A stretch of DNA of 64,000 bases from an uncultured Gammaproteobacteria bacterium. GTDB lineage: Bacteria > Pseudomonadota > Gammaproteobacteria > JACCXJ01. A model generated the notes under the pieces. That model made no database searches and was not told the DNA's origin. It was given only the letters and a program-made list of their open reading frames with translations. Shown here in pieces: positions 1 through 9,937 of this stretch. Positions within the stretch are counted from its first letter, which is position 1, and every line of letters begins with the position of its first letter. Position numbers and translations under genes: made by a program. The stretch lies in contig CAVXTM010000011.1 of the NCBI GenBank assembly GCA_963764725.1, forward strand, positions 256,001 to 320,000, given 5' to 3'.

Positions 1-400
1 GGGCATGCACGCGGTTGCCGCGGCTTGCCTCGACAGCGTGGTTTAGAACCTTGTCGATCTGGGTGTAACCCCCCAGGCAATGTACGGCCGTCATTTGCCG
101 CGATAAAGCATTCGGCTCATGCAGCCAGGCCGTTGCCTCGAACTGCTGAAAGCCGCGGTAATAGCATAATTGGATTTCCAACCCGCCGAGAGAGGCGGTT
201 TCGGCGAACATCTGTGCCTGGATCCGGCAGGCTTGATTCCAGGTCGGTTCCCGGCTCGCGGTGGCATCCATGGCGAAGATCAGTCGTCCGCGCTGCCCGC
301 CAGGTTTGAGCGTCGAGAGACCCGAAACTTGGCGCAGAAAGTTGTCGATGTGTCCGCGCGAGGATTTTTCCGGGAGCCGGGAGGAATCTCTATCTTTCAT
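1..400 (-). CDS. vWA domain-containing protein (5' part; runs off window start)
   Basis: Manual translation from ATG at 400: MKDRDSS...GRLIFAMDATASREPTW...IQLCYYRG; MIDAS-like DxTxS motif; frame open to position 1. Confidence 0.8.
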   Translation of the reverse strand, partial: MKDRDSSRLPEKSSRGHIDNFLRQVSGLSTLKPGGQRGRLIFAMDATASREPTWNQACRIQAQMFAETASLGGLEIQLCYYRGFQQFEATAWLHEPNALSRQMTAVHCLGGYTQIDKVLNHAVEASRGNRVHA

Positions 401-601
401 TGGTTCACTGATAACCCGCAGTCATAACCGATCGCCGATGATCGTCCTATGCGACCTTATATGCGCGATCTCGGTTCCAATTTCAACCCGTAGGGCGTCC
501 CGGCAAGCGTTGCGCGGGCCGCGGAATATAGTATTTTATGGAGTTGCTACGCGCGGCCAACCGAATGGGCGCCGTGGCTCGGCTCGAACTGAGGTGGGAT
601 C

Positions 602-2758
602 GTGAACACTAAGCTATTCAAATCGGTTCTGCGCCCGATTTTGCGGCGGGTCGTCGGGCTGCTGTTTCGGGTCGAAGTAACAGGAAAGATCAGCGCTCTA
701 GGCGCACAGCGACTGCTTATCATCGCCAACCATCAATCGTTTTTGGACGGCTTGATCTTGGCGTTGTTTCTGCCTTTGGATCCGGTGTTCGTCATACACA
801 CCCACGTGGCGGAGAATCCGTGGTTCCGGCTGGCGCTAAACCTCGTCGACTTTCTCACCGTGGATCCGACCAGCCCCTTGGCCATGAAAAGGGTGGTGAG
901 ACTGCTGGAAGCGGGCCGGCCGGTGCTCATCTTTCCGGAGGGCAGGATCACCATCACCGGGAGCCTGATGAAAGTCTACGACGGTCCGGCCTTCGCCGCC
1001 GCGCGTAGCGGCGCCACGATTATTCCGGTGCGCTTGGACGGCCCGGCCCGCTCCTATTTCAGCCGCGTCTCCGGGCGTCATCCGAGGCAGCTCCTACCGC
1101 GGGTCACGGTGTCGATCCTCGATCCGGTGCGCCTCGAGGTTCCCGAAGGCGCCAGCGCCAAACAGCGGCGCCGCAAGGCGGGCGAGGGTATGCGCAAGCT
1201 CATGCAAGGAATGATATTCAGATCGCATCCCATTCAGACGCTCTACGCCGGGCTCATTGACGCCGTCGAGATCTTCGGCCGGCGTCACTTGATCGCGGAA
1301 GACATTAAGGGCATCGAATACAACTACGGCAAGTTCTTGATGCATACGCTCACGCTCGGCCGCTTGTGCGCCCGCATCACGGCTGCGGGAGAAAACATCG
1401 GCATCCTGTTGCCGAATGTCGTCTCTACCGTCGCCCTGGTGTTCGGCATGAGCGCGTTTCGCCGCGTCCCCGCGATGCTCAACTATACTGCCGGCGCCGA
1501 GGGGCTAAAAAACGCGTGCGAGATTGCCGCTATCCGAACGGTCTTGACCTCAAGAGCCTTTATCGAGACGTCGCGCCTCGGAGGTGTCGTCGAGGCGCTG
1601 CGGCATGTGCAGGTGGTCTATCTCGAGGATCTCCGGCGAGAGTTCAGTCTCGCGGATCGTTTGTGGCTCGTTGGCTATGCGCTATGGTTCCCGCGTTGGG
1701 TGGGCGCCGTCGCCGGCGCCGAGGATCCCGCCGTCGTCTTGTTTACCTCGGGGTCCGAGGCCAAACCCAAGGGCGTCGTGCTTTCTAATCGCGCCCTGCT
1801 ATCGAATATTGCTCAGGTCCGGGCCGTCATCGATCTGGGAGGCGACGATAAGATATTCAATGCTCTGCCCATGTTCCATTCCTTTGGATTAACGATGGGC
1901 GCGTTGTTGCCGCTGCTAACCGGCACGCGCATCTTTATCTATCCGACCCCGCTCCACTACCGCGTGATCCCTGAGCTTATCTACGACCGCGCTTGCACGG
2001 TCTTGTTCGGGACTCCGACTTTTTTAAGTCACTATGCCCGCTTTGCCCATCCTTACGATTTCTTCCGGCTGCGCTATGTGATCGCCGGGGCCGAGCGGCT
2101 CAGCGAGCCGGTGCGGATGGCCTGGTTCGAGAAATTCGGGATCCGGATTTTGGAAGGCTATGGCGCCACGGAAACCGCGCCGGTTCTGGCGCTGAACACC
2201 CTCATGGCGTATCGCACCGGCACGGTCGGCCAACTCTTGCCCGGTATCGACGCCGTCCTCCAACCGGTGCCCGGAATCGAGCGCGGTGGCCAACTCCACG
2301 TGCGGGGCCCGAACCTGATGAGCGGTTACAACCGTGATCCGAGACCGGGGATCATCGAGCCGCCCCGATCGGAGGCCGGAGAAGGTTGGTATGACACCGG
2401 TGACATCGTCGAGATCGACGCCGACGGTTTCGTGAAAATCACCGGGCGTTTAAAGCGTTTCGCCAAGGTGGCGGGCGAGATGGTCTCGCTCGAGGTGGTC
2501 GAGAGAATCGCGGCGACGGCGTCTCCGCAGAGCCAGCACGCGGCCGCAGTGCAACCCGATGCTAAGCGCGGGGAGGTGATCGTACTGTTCTCCACGGATG
2601 GGGCGCTTACGCGCGAGCGCCTGCAGGAAGAGGCGCGCCGTAGCGGGCAGCCCGAGCTGGCGGTGCCGCGACGCGTCGTGCATCTCGAGGCCGTGCCGTT
2701 GCTCGGTAGCGGCAAGATCGACCATGTAAGCCTACGGCGTATGGCCGAATCCGCGTGA
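602..2758 (+). CDS. aas: Bifunctional 2-acyl-GPE acyltransferase / acyl-ACP synthetase
   Basis: NHQSFLD and FPEGRIT acyltransferase motifs; AMP-binding FTSGSEAKPKG, YGATE, TGD. Confidence 0.93.
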   Translation: MNTKLFKSVLRPILRRVVGLLFRVEVTGKISALGAQRLLIIANHQSFLDGLILALFLPLDPVFVIHTHVAENPWFRLALNLVDFLTVDPTSPLAMKRVVRLLEAGRPVLIFPEGRITITGSLMKVYDGPAFAAARSGATIIPVRLDGPARSYFSRVSGRHPRQLLPRVTVSILDPVRLEVPEGASAKQRRRKAGEGMRKLMQGMIFRSHPIQTLYAGLIDAVEIFGRRHLIAEDIKGIEYNYGKFLMHTLTLGRLCARITAAGENIGILLPNVVSTVALVFGMSAFRRVPAMLNYTAGAEGLKNACEIAAIRTVLTSRAFIETSRLGGVVEALRHVQVVYLEDLRREFSLADRLWLVGYALWFPRWVGAVAGAEDPAVVLFTSGSEAKPKGVVLSNRALLSNIAQVRAVIDLGGDDKIFNALPMFHSFGLTMGALLPLLTGTRIFIYPTPLHYRVIPELIYDRACTVLFGTPTFLSHYARFAHPYDFFRLRYVIAGAERLSEPVRMAWFEKFGIRILEGYGATETAPVLALNTLMAYRTGTVGQLLPGIDAVLQPVPGIERGGQLHVRGPNLMSGYNRDPRPGIIEPPRSEAGEGWYDTGDIVEIDADGFVKITGRLKRFAKVAGEMVSLEVVERIAATASPQSQHAAAVQPDAKRGEVIVLFSTDGALTRERLQEEARRSGQPELAVPRRVVHLEAVPLLGSGKIDHVSLRRMAESA

Positions 2759-2824
2759 TGCTTGCGCAATCGATTCATGGAACTCGATTCCTGCTCATAC
2801 GCCCGCGGCGCATGCGGAGCCCGG

Positions 2825-2840
2825 AGTTACTATAAAGTAA
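2825..2840. terminator. Short inverted repeat between convergent aas and ntrC
   Basis: GTTACT-ATAA-AGTAAC. Confidence 0.35.
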
Positions 2841-2842
2841 CC

Positions 2843-4240
2843 TTATTCCATCCCTAGTTCTTGAATCTTCCGCGTCAGGGTATTGCGCCCCCAGCCCAGG
2901 AGCTTGGCCGCGTCCTGCCGCCGTCCGGCGGTTTTGGATAAAGCCGTCTCAATCATCGCCCGTTCGAACGTCTCCAAGGCTTTCGGGACTAAATTGTATT
3001 CGCCCATGGCCAAATGGCGTTCGGCCCAGCGACGTAGCGTGGCTTCCCAGTCCTCTGCGCCGCCCTCCAGGCCGGACTCCTTGAGTTCGGGCGGCAGATC
3101 GTCCACATGGATTTCCTGGGCTGCGGCCATGACCGTGAGCCAGCGGCAGACGTTCTCGAGCTGGCGGACGTTTCCCGGCCAAGAATACGCGCTCATCACG
3201 GACAGGGTATCGGGGTGTAACGCCTTGGGATCGACATCCAAATCGTGGGCGGCCGTGGTGAGGAAGTGGTTCGCCAGTATTGCGATATCGGTCCGGCGCT
3301 CTCGCAACGGCGGGACCCGTAAGCGTATGACGTTGAGCCGATGAAACAGGTCCTCGCGAAACGTGCCTTCCTTGACCCGCTGCTCCAGGTCCTGATGCGT
3401 TGCGGCGATGACGCGTACATCGACCTTGATGGACTCGTGACCACCCAGGCGATAAAATTGCCCATCCGCCAGCACCCGCAAAAAGCGCGTTTGCAACTCG
3501 GCCGGCATGTCCCCGATCTCGTCGAGGAACAGGGTGCCGCCATGCGCTTGTTCAAAGCGGCCTTGCCGGTGGGTCGCGGCGCCTGTAAACGCCCCCCGTT
3601 CATGCCCGAAGAGATCGGACTCCAGGAGCTCTCTTGGAATGGCGGCCGTGTTGAGCGCGATAAAAGTCTTATCTGCCCGTGGGCTATGGCGGTGCAACGC
3701 GCACGCGATGAGCTCCTTGCCGGTGCCCGATTCGCCCGTTAGGAGGACGGTGATATTCGAGCGTGACAAGCGGCCGATGGCGCGAAAAACCTCCTGCATC
3801 GCCGGGGCCGAGCCAATGATCTCCGAGGCCTGGACCGGCTCGAACCCGACATCCTCGCGTAATTTATTGGCCCGTCCGCGCACCGCGCGGCGAATAATCG
3901 CGACCGCTTCCTCGACGTCGAAGGGTTTCGCGAGGTATTCAAAGGCGCCGCCCTGGAAGGCCGCCACGGCGCGGTCGAGATCGGCGTAGGCGGTCATGAC
4001 GATGACCGGCAGGCTGGGATAATCGTGGCGGACTCTTGCCAACAAACTGAAGCCATCCGTCCCCGGCATGCGGATATCCGAGACGATGGCATCGGGAACC
4101 TCGCGTTGGAGACTGTGCAAGGCAGTGTCGGCGTTATCGAAACACCGAATCCGCATACTGGCTCGGGTGAGCGCCTTTTCCAATACCCAACGGATGGCGC
4201 GGTCGTCATCCACCACCCAAATATATTCTTGTTCGCTCAT
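2843..4240 (-). CDS. ntrC: Nitrogen regulation response regulator NR(I)
   Basis: Receiver domain, GESGTGKE, GAFTGA, C-terminal HTH LGWGRNTLTRK; position after glnA-ntrB. Confidence 0.97.
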   Translation of the reverse strand: MSEQEYIWVVDDDRAIRWVLEKALTRASMRIRCFDNADTALHSLQREVPDAIVSDIRMPGTDGFSLLARVRHDYPSLPVIVMTAYADLDRAVAAFQGGAFEYLAKPFDVEEAVAIIRRAVRGRANKLREDVGFEPVQASEIIGSAPAMQEVFRAIGRLSRSNITVLLTGESGTGKELIACALHRHSPRADKTFIALNTAAIPRELLESDLFGHERGAFTGAATHRQGRFEQAHGGTLFLDEIGDMPAELQTRFLRVLADGQFYRLGGHESIKVDVRVIAATHQDLEQRVKEGTFREDLFHRLNVIRLRVPPLRERRTDIAILANHFLTTAAHDLDVDPKALHPDTLSVMSAYSWPGNVRQLENVCRWLTVMAAAQEIHVDDLPPELKESGLEGGAEDWEATLRRWAERHLAMGEYNLVPKALETFERAMIETALSKTAGRRQDAAKLLGWGRNTLTRKIQELGME

Positions 4241-5320
4241 GTTCCGTTCTCAACCGGTAACCAAACGCTGAATACGGTTTCACCCGGTTTGGAGGAATAA
4301 ATAATTTGCCCGCCGTGGCCATGCACCAGCGAACGGGCTATCGAGAGTCCCAGGCCGGTCCCGTTCGAGCGGCCGCTGATCATCGGGAAAAAAATGTCTT
4401 CGGCGATCTCCGCGGGCACACCCGGACCGTCATCGATAATATCCACGCGAATAACCAAACGGTGGCGTTTGAGCCCGATGGCGCATTGCCGTTGCGCGCG
4501 CGTACGAAAGCTGACCGTCCCCTGATAGGAGACCGCTTGTGCGGCATTCTGGGCGATATTCAAGAAGGCTTGGATCAAATAGTCGCGATCGGCGAGAAGA
4601 TCGGGCAGGCTCGGGTCGTAATCGCGAACGATGGTCAGCGCAGGTTCCGCGCCCGCCTCCAAGAGCGAGCCCACGTGCTCCAACACCTCGTGAATATTGA
4701 CCGCCGTCACGCGCGGGTCCGCGTTCGGCACCAGCATCCGGTCCATCAGCTTACGCAGCCGGTCCACCTCACCGACGATGAGCCGAGTGTATTCCTTGTG
4801 GGCCGGTGAGGCCAATTCGCATTCAAGGAGCTGCGCCGCGCCGCGGATCCCGCCCAGCGGGTTCTTAATTTCGTGCGCCATCTCTTTCAATAGCGTGCGC
4901 AAGACATTCTGCAGCCCAAGCGCCGCTTCACCGCGAAGCATGCGGCGTAGTCCGTCGCTGCTTGACATCTCGACGAGAAGCGCCGGTCTCCCCATGGCCA
5001 TTACCGCACGGGGTCAGCGTGCAATCAACACATTGCGATACGCGGTTGGCGGATACAATTTCGAGATCCCATTCGGTGACCACCTGGCCGGCTTTGAGCG
5101 TATGTTTCAGCGCCTTGGGTAACGCGTCGTTACCGAATATCTTGTCAACGCGTTGGCCCGCCATTTTCTTAACGCTTGCGGATAAAAGGTTTTCGCCCGC
5201 CGAGTTGACAAGCTGCAGTCGCAGCTTGCTGTCAAACAGCAGTATCGCGGTGGATAGGTTTTCTACGATCCAACCGGCAGTCACGGATGTCAACGGCGAT
5301 CCCGCGTGACTACGCACCAT
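4237..5320 (-). pseudogene. ntrB: Nitrogen regulation histidine kinase NR(II), split by a frameshift near 4985-5005 (real or sequencing error)
   Basis: PAS part in ORF 4928-5320 (..VDCTLTP); kinase part in ORF 4237-5001 (ALLVEM..AHEIKNPLGGIRGAAQLL..GTGLGL) in a different frame. Confidence 0.85.
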
Positions 5321-5329
5321 TATGGTGCA
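5313..5329. promoter_or_regulatory. NtrC binding site overlapping the ntrB start codon
   Basis: CGCACCATTATGGTGCA vs consensus TGCACCA-N3-TGGTGCA. Confidence 0.8.
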
Positions 5330-5472
5330 CCCCCACTGCTAAAGTCGCGAGCTTAACAACATATCTCCGAGAATCTACGACAGATCCGATTAAACGAGAC
5401 AGGTTTCTGAGCCGACGATAGAAGCCCGGCAACTTCCAGACCAATTTCTAAAGGACCGGCGCGGCGCGCCTC

Positions 5473-6021
5473 TTAATTGTTGGGCAAGGACGGGTCGCGC
5501 AAGGACGGGCCGAGCAGGACGGAGTGCTTCCTTAAATGAAAGGTCACCGTGGGCGAGGCCGACAGTTTGGCTCCGCTCTTATCGACGACGGTCGCCTGAA
5601 TGCTGTGCGTTCCACGATCCATGTTCGGGATTGTGAAGTCAGTCGCCGCAGCCCCCTCAGAGGGACTTCCATCAACCGACAGCACGACTTTATGCCCGAG
5701 AGCGACTTGCAGATCGGGCACCAGTCCCACTTTGACACTGATAGTGCCAATATTGTCCCAAATCGTCTCGTCATTGGCCGGCGCGAGTATTTCTACGTTT
5801 TTGTAACCGGCGAACTCCTTTTGCGGCGCTTCCTTAGGCGATTCGGACTCCTTCGTTGGAGGGGTTTCATAGGTCTGCAGCTTGAGCCCTTTGACCTCTT
5901 CTGCGCCCGGATGGGGTTTATCGGAAAATTGCACGTTCCCATCCGCGTCGGTCCATTTATAGACCGCCGCGTGGGCCACGCTGGTGAGAACAAGCAGGCA
6001 ATAGAGGATAAGCACGCGCAT
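5473..6021 (-). CDS. DUF4124 domain exported protein
   Basis: Signal peptide then VYKWTDADGNVQFSDKP; usual position between glnA and ntrB. Confidence 0.85.
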   Translation of the reverse strand: MRVLILYCLLVLTSVAHAAVYKWTDADGNVQFSDKPHPGAEEVKGLKLQTYETPPTKESESPKEAPQKEFAGYKNVEILAPANDETIWDNIGTISVKVGLVPDLQVALGHKVVLSVDGSPSEGAAATDFTIPNMDRGTHSIQATVVDKSGAKLSASPTVTFHLRKHSVLLGPSLRDPSLPNN

Positions 6022-6073
6022 GCTTACAGGGTAGCCAACTTGTCGCCAAGCCGCAAGTCGGCTTAAATGCAAG

Positions 6074-6100
6074 AAGAAGGGACCGATTAAGCCCCTTCTT
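6074..6100 (-). terminator. Probable glnA terminator hairpin
   Basis: AAGAAGGG...CCCTTCTT inverted repeat just past the glnA stop. Confidence 0.55.
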
Positions 6101-6123
6101 GCGCCATCGTAGCAGTGGCTCGC

Positions 6124-7533
6124 TTAGACGCTATAGTACATATCGAACTCGACGGGATGGGTGGTCATGCGCAGGCGCGTCACCTCGTCCATTTTGAGGT
6201 TAATGTATGCATCAATCACATCGTCGGTGAACACGCCTCCGGCCTTTAAGAACCCGCGATCGTTGTCGAGCGCCGCCAGTGCCTGGTCAAACGCATGGCA
6301 AACCTTCGGGATCTCGGCCTCTTCCTCGGGCGGGAGATCGTAGAGGTCCTTGTCCATCGGTTCTCCGGGGTGGATTTTATTGGCGATACCGTCCAAGCCG
6401 GCCATGAGCATTGCCGTAAACGCCAGATAGGGGTTGGCGGTGGAATCCGGAAAGCGTATCTCGAGACGCCTGCCCTTAGGGCTGACGTCGTAAGGGATGC
6501 GTATCGAAGCCGACCGGTTTCGGGCCGAATAGGCGAGCATGACCGGCGCCTCGAAGCCGGGAACGAGCCGTTTGTAACTGTTGGTCGAAGCATTGGTGAT
6601 CGCATTCAGCGCATGAGCGTGTTTGATGATCCCGCCGATATAGAAAAGCGCTGCCTCCGAGAGGCCGGCATACCCGTCGCCCGCAAAGAGATTCTTGCCG
6701 CCTTTCGCTAGGGATTGGTGCACGTGCATGCCATTACCGTTGTCACCGACTAAGGGTTTCGGCATAAACGTCGCGGTTTTTCCATAACCATGCGCAACGT
6801 TGTGGACCACGTATTTCAGAATCTGCAACTCGTCGGCGCGCCGCACCAGCGTATTGAAGCGCGTGCCGATCTCGCACTGACCGGCAGTCGCCACCTCGTG
6901 GTGATGCACCTCGGGCGTGACTCCCATCTTTTCCAGCATGAGGCACATCGATGAGCGTACATCCTGTAAAGAATCGACGGGCGGCACCGGGAAGTAACCG
7001 CCCTTGACGCCCGGGCGATGACCGATGTTGCCCTCAGAGAAGACCTTCTCCGAATTCCAGGAAGACTCTTCCGAATCGATCTTATAGAAAGCGCCGGAAA
7101 TATCCGCCCCCCAGCGCACATCATCGAACACGAAGAACTCCGGTTCCGGTCCAAAATAGGCGGCATCCGCGATCCCGATCGACTTCATGTAAACTTCGGC
7201 GCGTTTGGCCAGAGAGCGCGGGCAGCGCGCGTAACCCTGTCCGGTCAAGGGCTCGATGACATCGCAACGGATAATGAGCGTGGTTTCATCGAAGAATGGA
7301 TCGATGACCGCCGTCTCTGCCTCGGGCATCAACGTCATGTCTGATTCGTTAATGCCCTTCCAACCGGCGATCGATGATCCGTCAAACATCTTACCGTCCT
7401 GGAAAAAACCAGCATCGATAAGCTTCGCGGGTATGGATACATGCTGTTCCTTACCGCGGGTATCGGTAAAACGCAGGTCGACGAATTTGACCTCTTGTTC
7501 TTTTATGAGTGTTAACACCTTATCTGCGGACAT
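6124..7533 (-). CDS. glnA: Glutamine synthetase type I
   Basis: [25 protein letters not shown], adenylylation motif DLYDL. Confidence 0.98.
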   Translation of the reverse strand: MSADKVLTLIKEQEVKFVDLRFTDTRGKEQHVSIPAKLIDAGFFQDGKMFDGSSIAGWKGINESDMTLMPEAETAVIDPFFDETTLIIRCDVIEPLTGQGYARCPRSLAKRAEVYMKSIGIADAAYFGPEPEFFVFDDVRWGADISGAFYKIDSEESSWNSEKVFSEGNIGHRPGVKGGYFPVPPVDSLQDVRSSMCLMLEKMGVTPEVHHHEVATAGQCEIGTRFNTLVRRADELQILKYVVHNVAHGYGKTATFMPKPLVGDNGNGMHVHQSLAKGGKNLFAGDGYAGLSEAALFYIGGIIKHAHALNAITNASTNSYKRLVPGFEAPVMLAYSARNRSASIRIPYDVSPKGRRLEIRFPDSTANPYLAFTAMLMAGLDGIANKIHPGEPMDKDLYDLPPEEEAEIPKVCHAFDQALAALDNDRGFLKAGGVFTDDVIDAYINLKMDEVTRLRMTTHPVEFDMYYSV

Positions 7534-7606
7534 GGGCTCTCCTTATAAAAGAAAATCTCTCGCCGGGCTGAAACTTGGTCATTCGCAGCCTTAATTGTAT
7601 GTGGAG

Positions 7607-7621
7607 GCAGTTTGTGCGCCA
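7607..7621 (-). promoter_or_regulatory. Sigma-54 promoter of glnA
   Basis: TGGCGCACAAACTGC on the minus strand (GG-N10-GC). Confidence 0.75.
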
Positions 7622-7760
7622 TCCAGTCACTCGCGCGTGCATTATTTTCACACACGCTCGGCCAACGACCGAAGACTACTGCGGTGCGCATTATGACATG
7701 GTATTCGTTCCTCACCGACATCTCTCGGTTCGAGCAGAAGGCTCGGCGCCTATAGACCTC

Positions 7761-7785
7761 AGAACGCACCGGAGTAGTGCGTTCT
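7761..7785. promoter_or_regulatory. NtrC enhancer upstream of the glnA promoter
   Basis: AGAACGCAC-CGGAGTA-GTGCGTTCT palindrome containing GCAC-N7-GTGC, ~140 bp upstream of the sigma-54 site. Confidence 0.65.
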
Positions 7786-7828
7786 TGAAACATCATGTTC
7801 CGCGAGGAAGCAAATGACTTCATAGCCC

Positions 7829-8497
7829 TCAGCGCCAGCCATAGGCGATCCAGTGTCTATCGGAAACGGGTTCAACGGTGAAGCCACGCAAGCCGGTGCG
7901 GTGGATGTGGGCGCGCACTTCCTCCGGTTCGTAGGCGGCTAAGAGCGAATTGAGAAAATCGCGTTGCAGGATGGGTGGCTCTCCCGCCGCGTATTGATCG
8001 ACGAGGCCCTCGGCCCGTGCGCGGTTCTCGGGCCTGGCAAGGTCCATCGCAAACACACGCCCGCCGCTGCGAGTTAGAGTTTTGGCCGCTTCCCATAGAA
8101 TCAGCGGGTCGCTTAAGTGGTGCAACAAGCTATTCGAAATAACGACGTCATAGGCGGCGCGCAGTCCTGCCCGGTCCGGCAGCCGCTGATGCACCAGACG
8201 TACGCGACCGGTCAAGCCGTCTTGCCGCAAGCGCGCCTGCCCATACTTGAGCATCACCTTGGAGCCATCGACGCCGTCGATCGTCAATTGCGGAAAGGCG
8301 CACGCAAAGCGAGCGGTGACGTCCGCCGGACCACATCCCAAATCGACCGCCGTGCCGTCCGTGGAGCTATGCGGAAACGCAAGCTTGAAATAATCCACGA
8401 AGCGCGAGTGCGGCTCGGAGAAATCGGCCTCCGCATAGGCGCGCGCCTGTGCCTCGTCATCCATAAGCTCGGGTTCCGGGATCCGGTCCATCAGCAA
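7829..8497 (-). CDS. Class I SAM-dependent methyltransferase
   Basis: VDLGCGPAD motif, RIPEPELMDD N-terminus. Confidence 0.88.
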   Translation of the reverse strand: MLMDRIPEPELMDDEAQARAYAEADFSEPHSRFVDYFKLAFPHSSTDGTAVDLGCGPADVTARFACAFPQLTIDGVDGSKVMLKYGQARLRQDGLTGRVRLVHQRLPDRAGLRAAYDVVISNSLLHHLSDPLILWEAAKTLTRSGGRVFAMDLARPENRARAEGLVDQYAAGEPPILQRDFLNSLLAAYEPEEVRAHIHRTGLRGFTVEPVSDRHWIAYGWR

Positions 8498-9741
8498 AGC
8501 GGCGCGATGCTCTCACCCGCCATCAAATCAGCGATGAGCTCCCGCTTGCGCGCGAGGTGCGGATGAGCTCCGTCCACCAGGATTTCGGCGGCGCGGGGAC
8601 GCGAGTTGTAGGTCGAGCTCATGCTGAAACCGTAGGCCCCGGCGGTACGGACGGCGAGCAGATCTCCGGGCGCGACGGCGAGCGAACGGTCACGCCCGAG
8701 GAAATCGCCGGTCTCGCACACGGGTCCCACGATGTCGTAGATCGCTTCGGCCCGCGCGTGCTTTTCTACCGGACTGATCTCTTGCCAAGCGTCGTAAAGG
8801 GCCGGCCGAATAAGATCGTTCATGGCCGCATCCACCACAGCAAAGTGCCTATCGCCGACGCGTTTGAGATACTCCACGCGCGTGAGCAACACCCCAGCGG
8901 GGCCGGCTACTGCCCGGCCCGGCTCGATGATCACCGCGTATTTGCGGTCGCGGAGCCGTGAGGCGATCGCCTGCCCATAGTCCGCGGGGCCCGGCGGCGA
9001 TTCATCGCGGTAGCGCACGCCCAACCCGCCGCCGAGGTCCAGATGCTGCAGCGCTATACCCTCACCTACGAGCGCATCAGCGAGAATCAACAGACGTTCC
9101 AAGGCCTGAAGCATGGGTTCCATGGAGGTGATCTGCGATCCGATATGATAAGCGATCCCGCGTATTTCCAGGTGCTCTAGCGCAGCCGCCCGCCGATAGG
9201 CCGCGACGGCCTCATCAGCGGCAACGCCGAATTTGTGAGCACTCTGTCCAGTTGAAATGTAAGGGTGCGTATCGGCGGCTATATCGGGATTGACGCGAAT
9301 CGCGATCGGAGCGCGACGGTTCATGGACGCGGCTACCTGATTCAAGCGTTCAAGCTCCGCGACCGATTCGACGTTAAAACAATGGATCCCTACATCGAGC
9401 GCCCGGCGCATTTCATCCGCGCGTTTACCCACCCCAGCGAACACGATGCGATCGGGATCTCCCCGCGCGCATAACACCCGTTCCAACTCGCCGCCGGAAA
9501 CGATGTCGAATCCCGAGCCCAGGCGCGCCAAGATGTTCAAGATCGCAAGATTGGAATTGGCCTTGACCGCATAGCAGACGAGGTGCGGATGGGGACGGAG
9601 GGAGTGCTCGAATGCGCGCCAGGCGGTTTCGATCGCCGCGCGCGAGTAGATGTAGCATGGAGTACCAAAGCGCGCCGCAATCTCGGCCAGAGGCACGTCC
9701 TCCGCATAAAGTTCATTACCGCGGTAGCTAAATGCGTCCAT
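8491..9741 (-). CDS. lysA: Diaminopimelate decarboxylase
   Basis: YAVKANSN, HIGSQI, GPVCETGD. Confidence 0.97.
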   Translation of the reverse strand: MDAFSYRGNELYAEDVPLAEIAARFGTPCYIYSRAAIETAWRAFEHSLRPHPHLVCYAVKANSNLAILNILARLGSGFDIVSGGELERVLCARGDPDRIVFAGVGKRADEMRRALDVGIHCFNVESVAELERLNQVAASMNRRAPIAIRVNPDIAADTHPYISTGQSAHKFGVAADEAVAAYRRAAALEHLEIRGIAYHIGSQITSMEPMLQALERLLILADALVGEGIALQHLDLGGGLGVRYRDESPPGPADYGQAIASRLRDRKYAVIIEPGRAVAGPAGVLLTRVEYLKRVGDRHFAVVDAAMNDLIRPALYDAWQEISPVEKHARAEAIYDIVGPVCETGDFLGRDRSLAVAPGDLLAVRTAGAYGFSMSSTYNSRPRAAEILVDGAHPHLARKRELIADLMAGESIAPLC

Positions 9742-9862
9742 GCTGTTCGATCTTTTCCGGTTTATCGGGCAAATACAGGGGACCCTTTTGGCCGCAACCT
9801 GAATTGGTTAAGACGAGCAATAACATGAGTATAAATCCGGCGGTGCGGCTGAAGGATTTCAT
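9728..9862 (-). CDS. lptM: Small lipoprotein LptM/YifL/LppL (44 aa, not in the ORF track)
   Basis: MKSFSRTAGFILMLLLVLTNSGCGQKGPLYLPDKPEKIEQHGRI; GCGQKGPLYLP signature directly upstream of lysA. Confidence 0.9.
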   Translation of the reverse strand: MKSFSRTAGFILMLLLVLTNSGCGQKGPLYLPDKPEKIEQHGRI

Positions 9863-9937
9863 ACGGAGCTATTTCCCCATCCGGTTCGAAGCATTACGAT
9901 AGCCGGCCCGAGTGGTTCACTCCGCCGGGCGTGCGTA

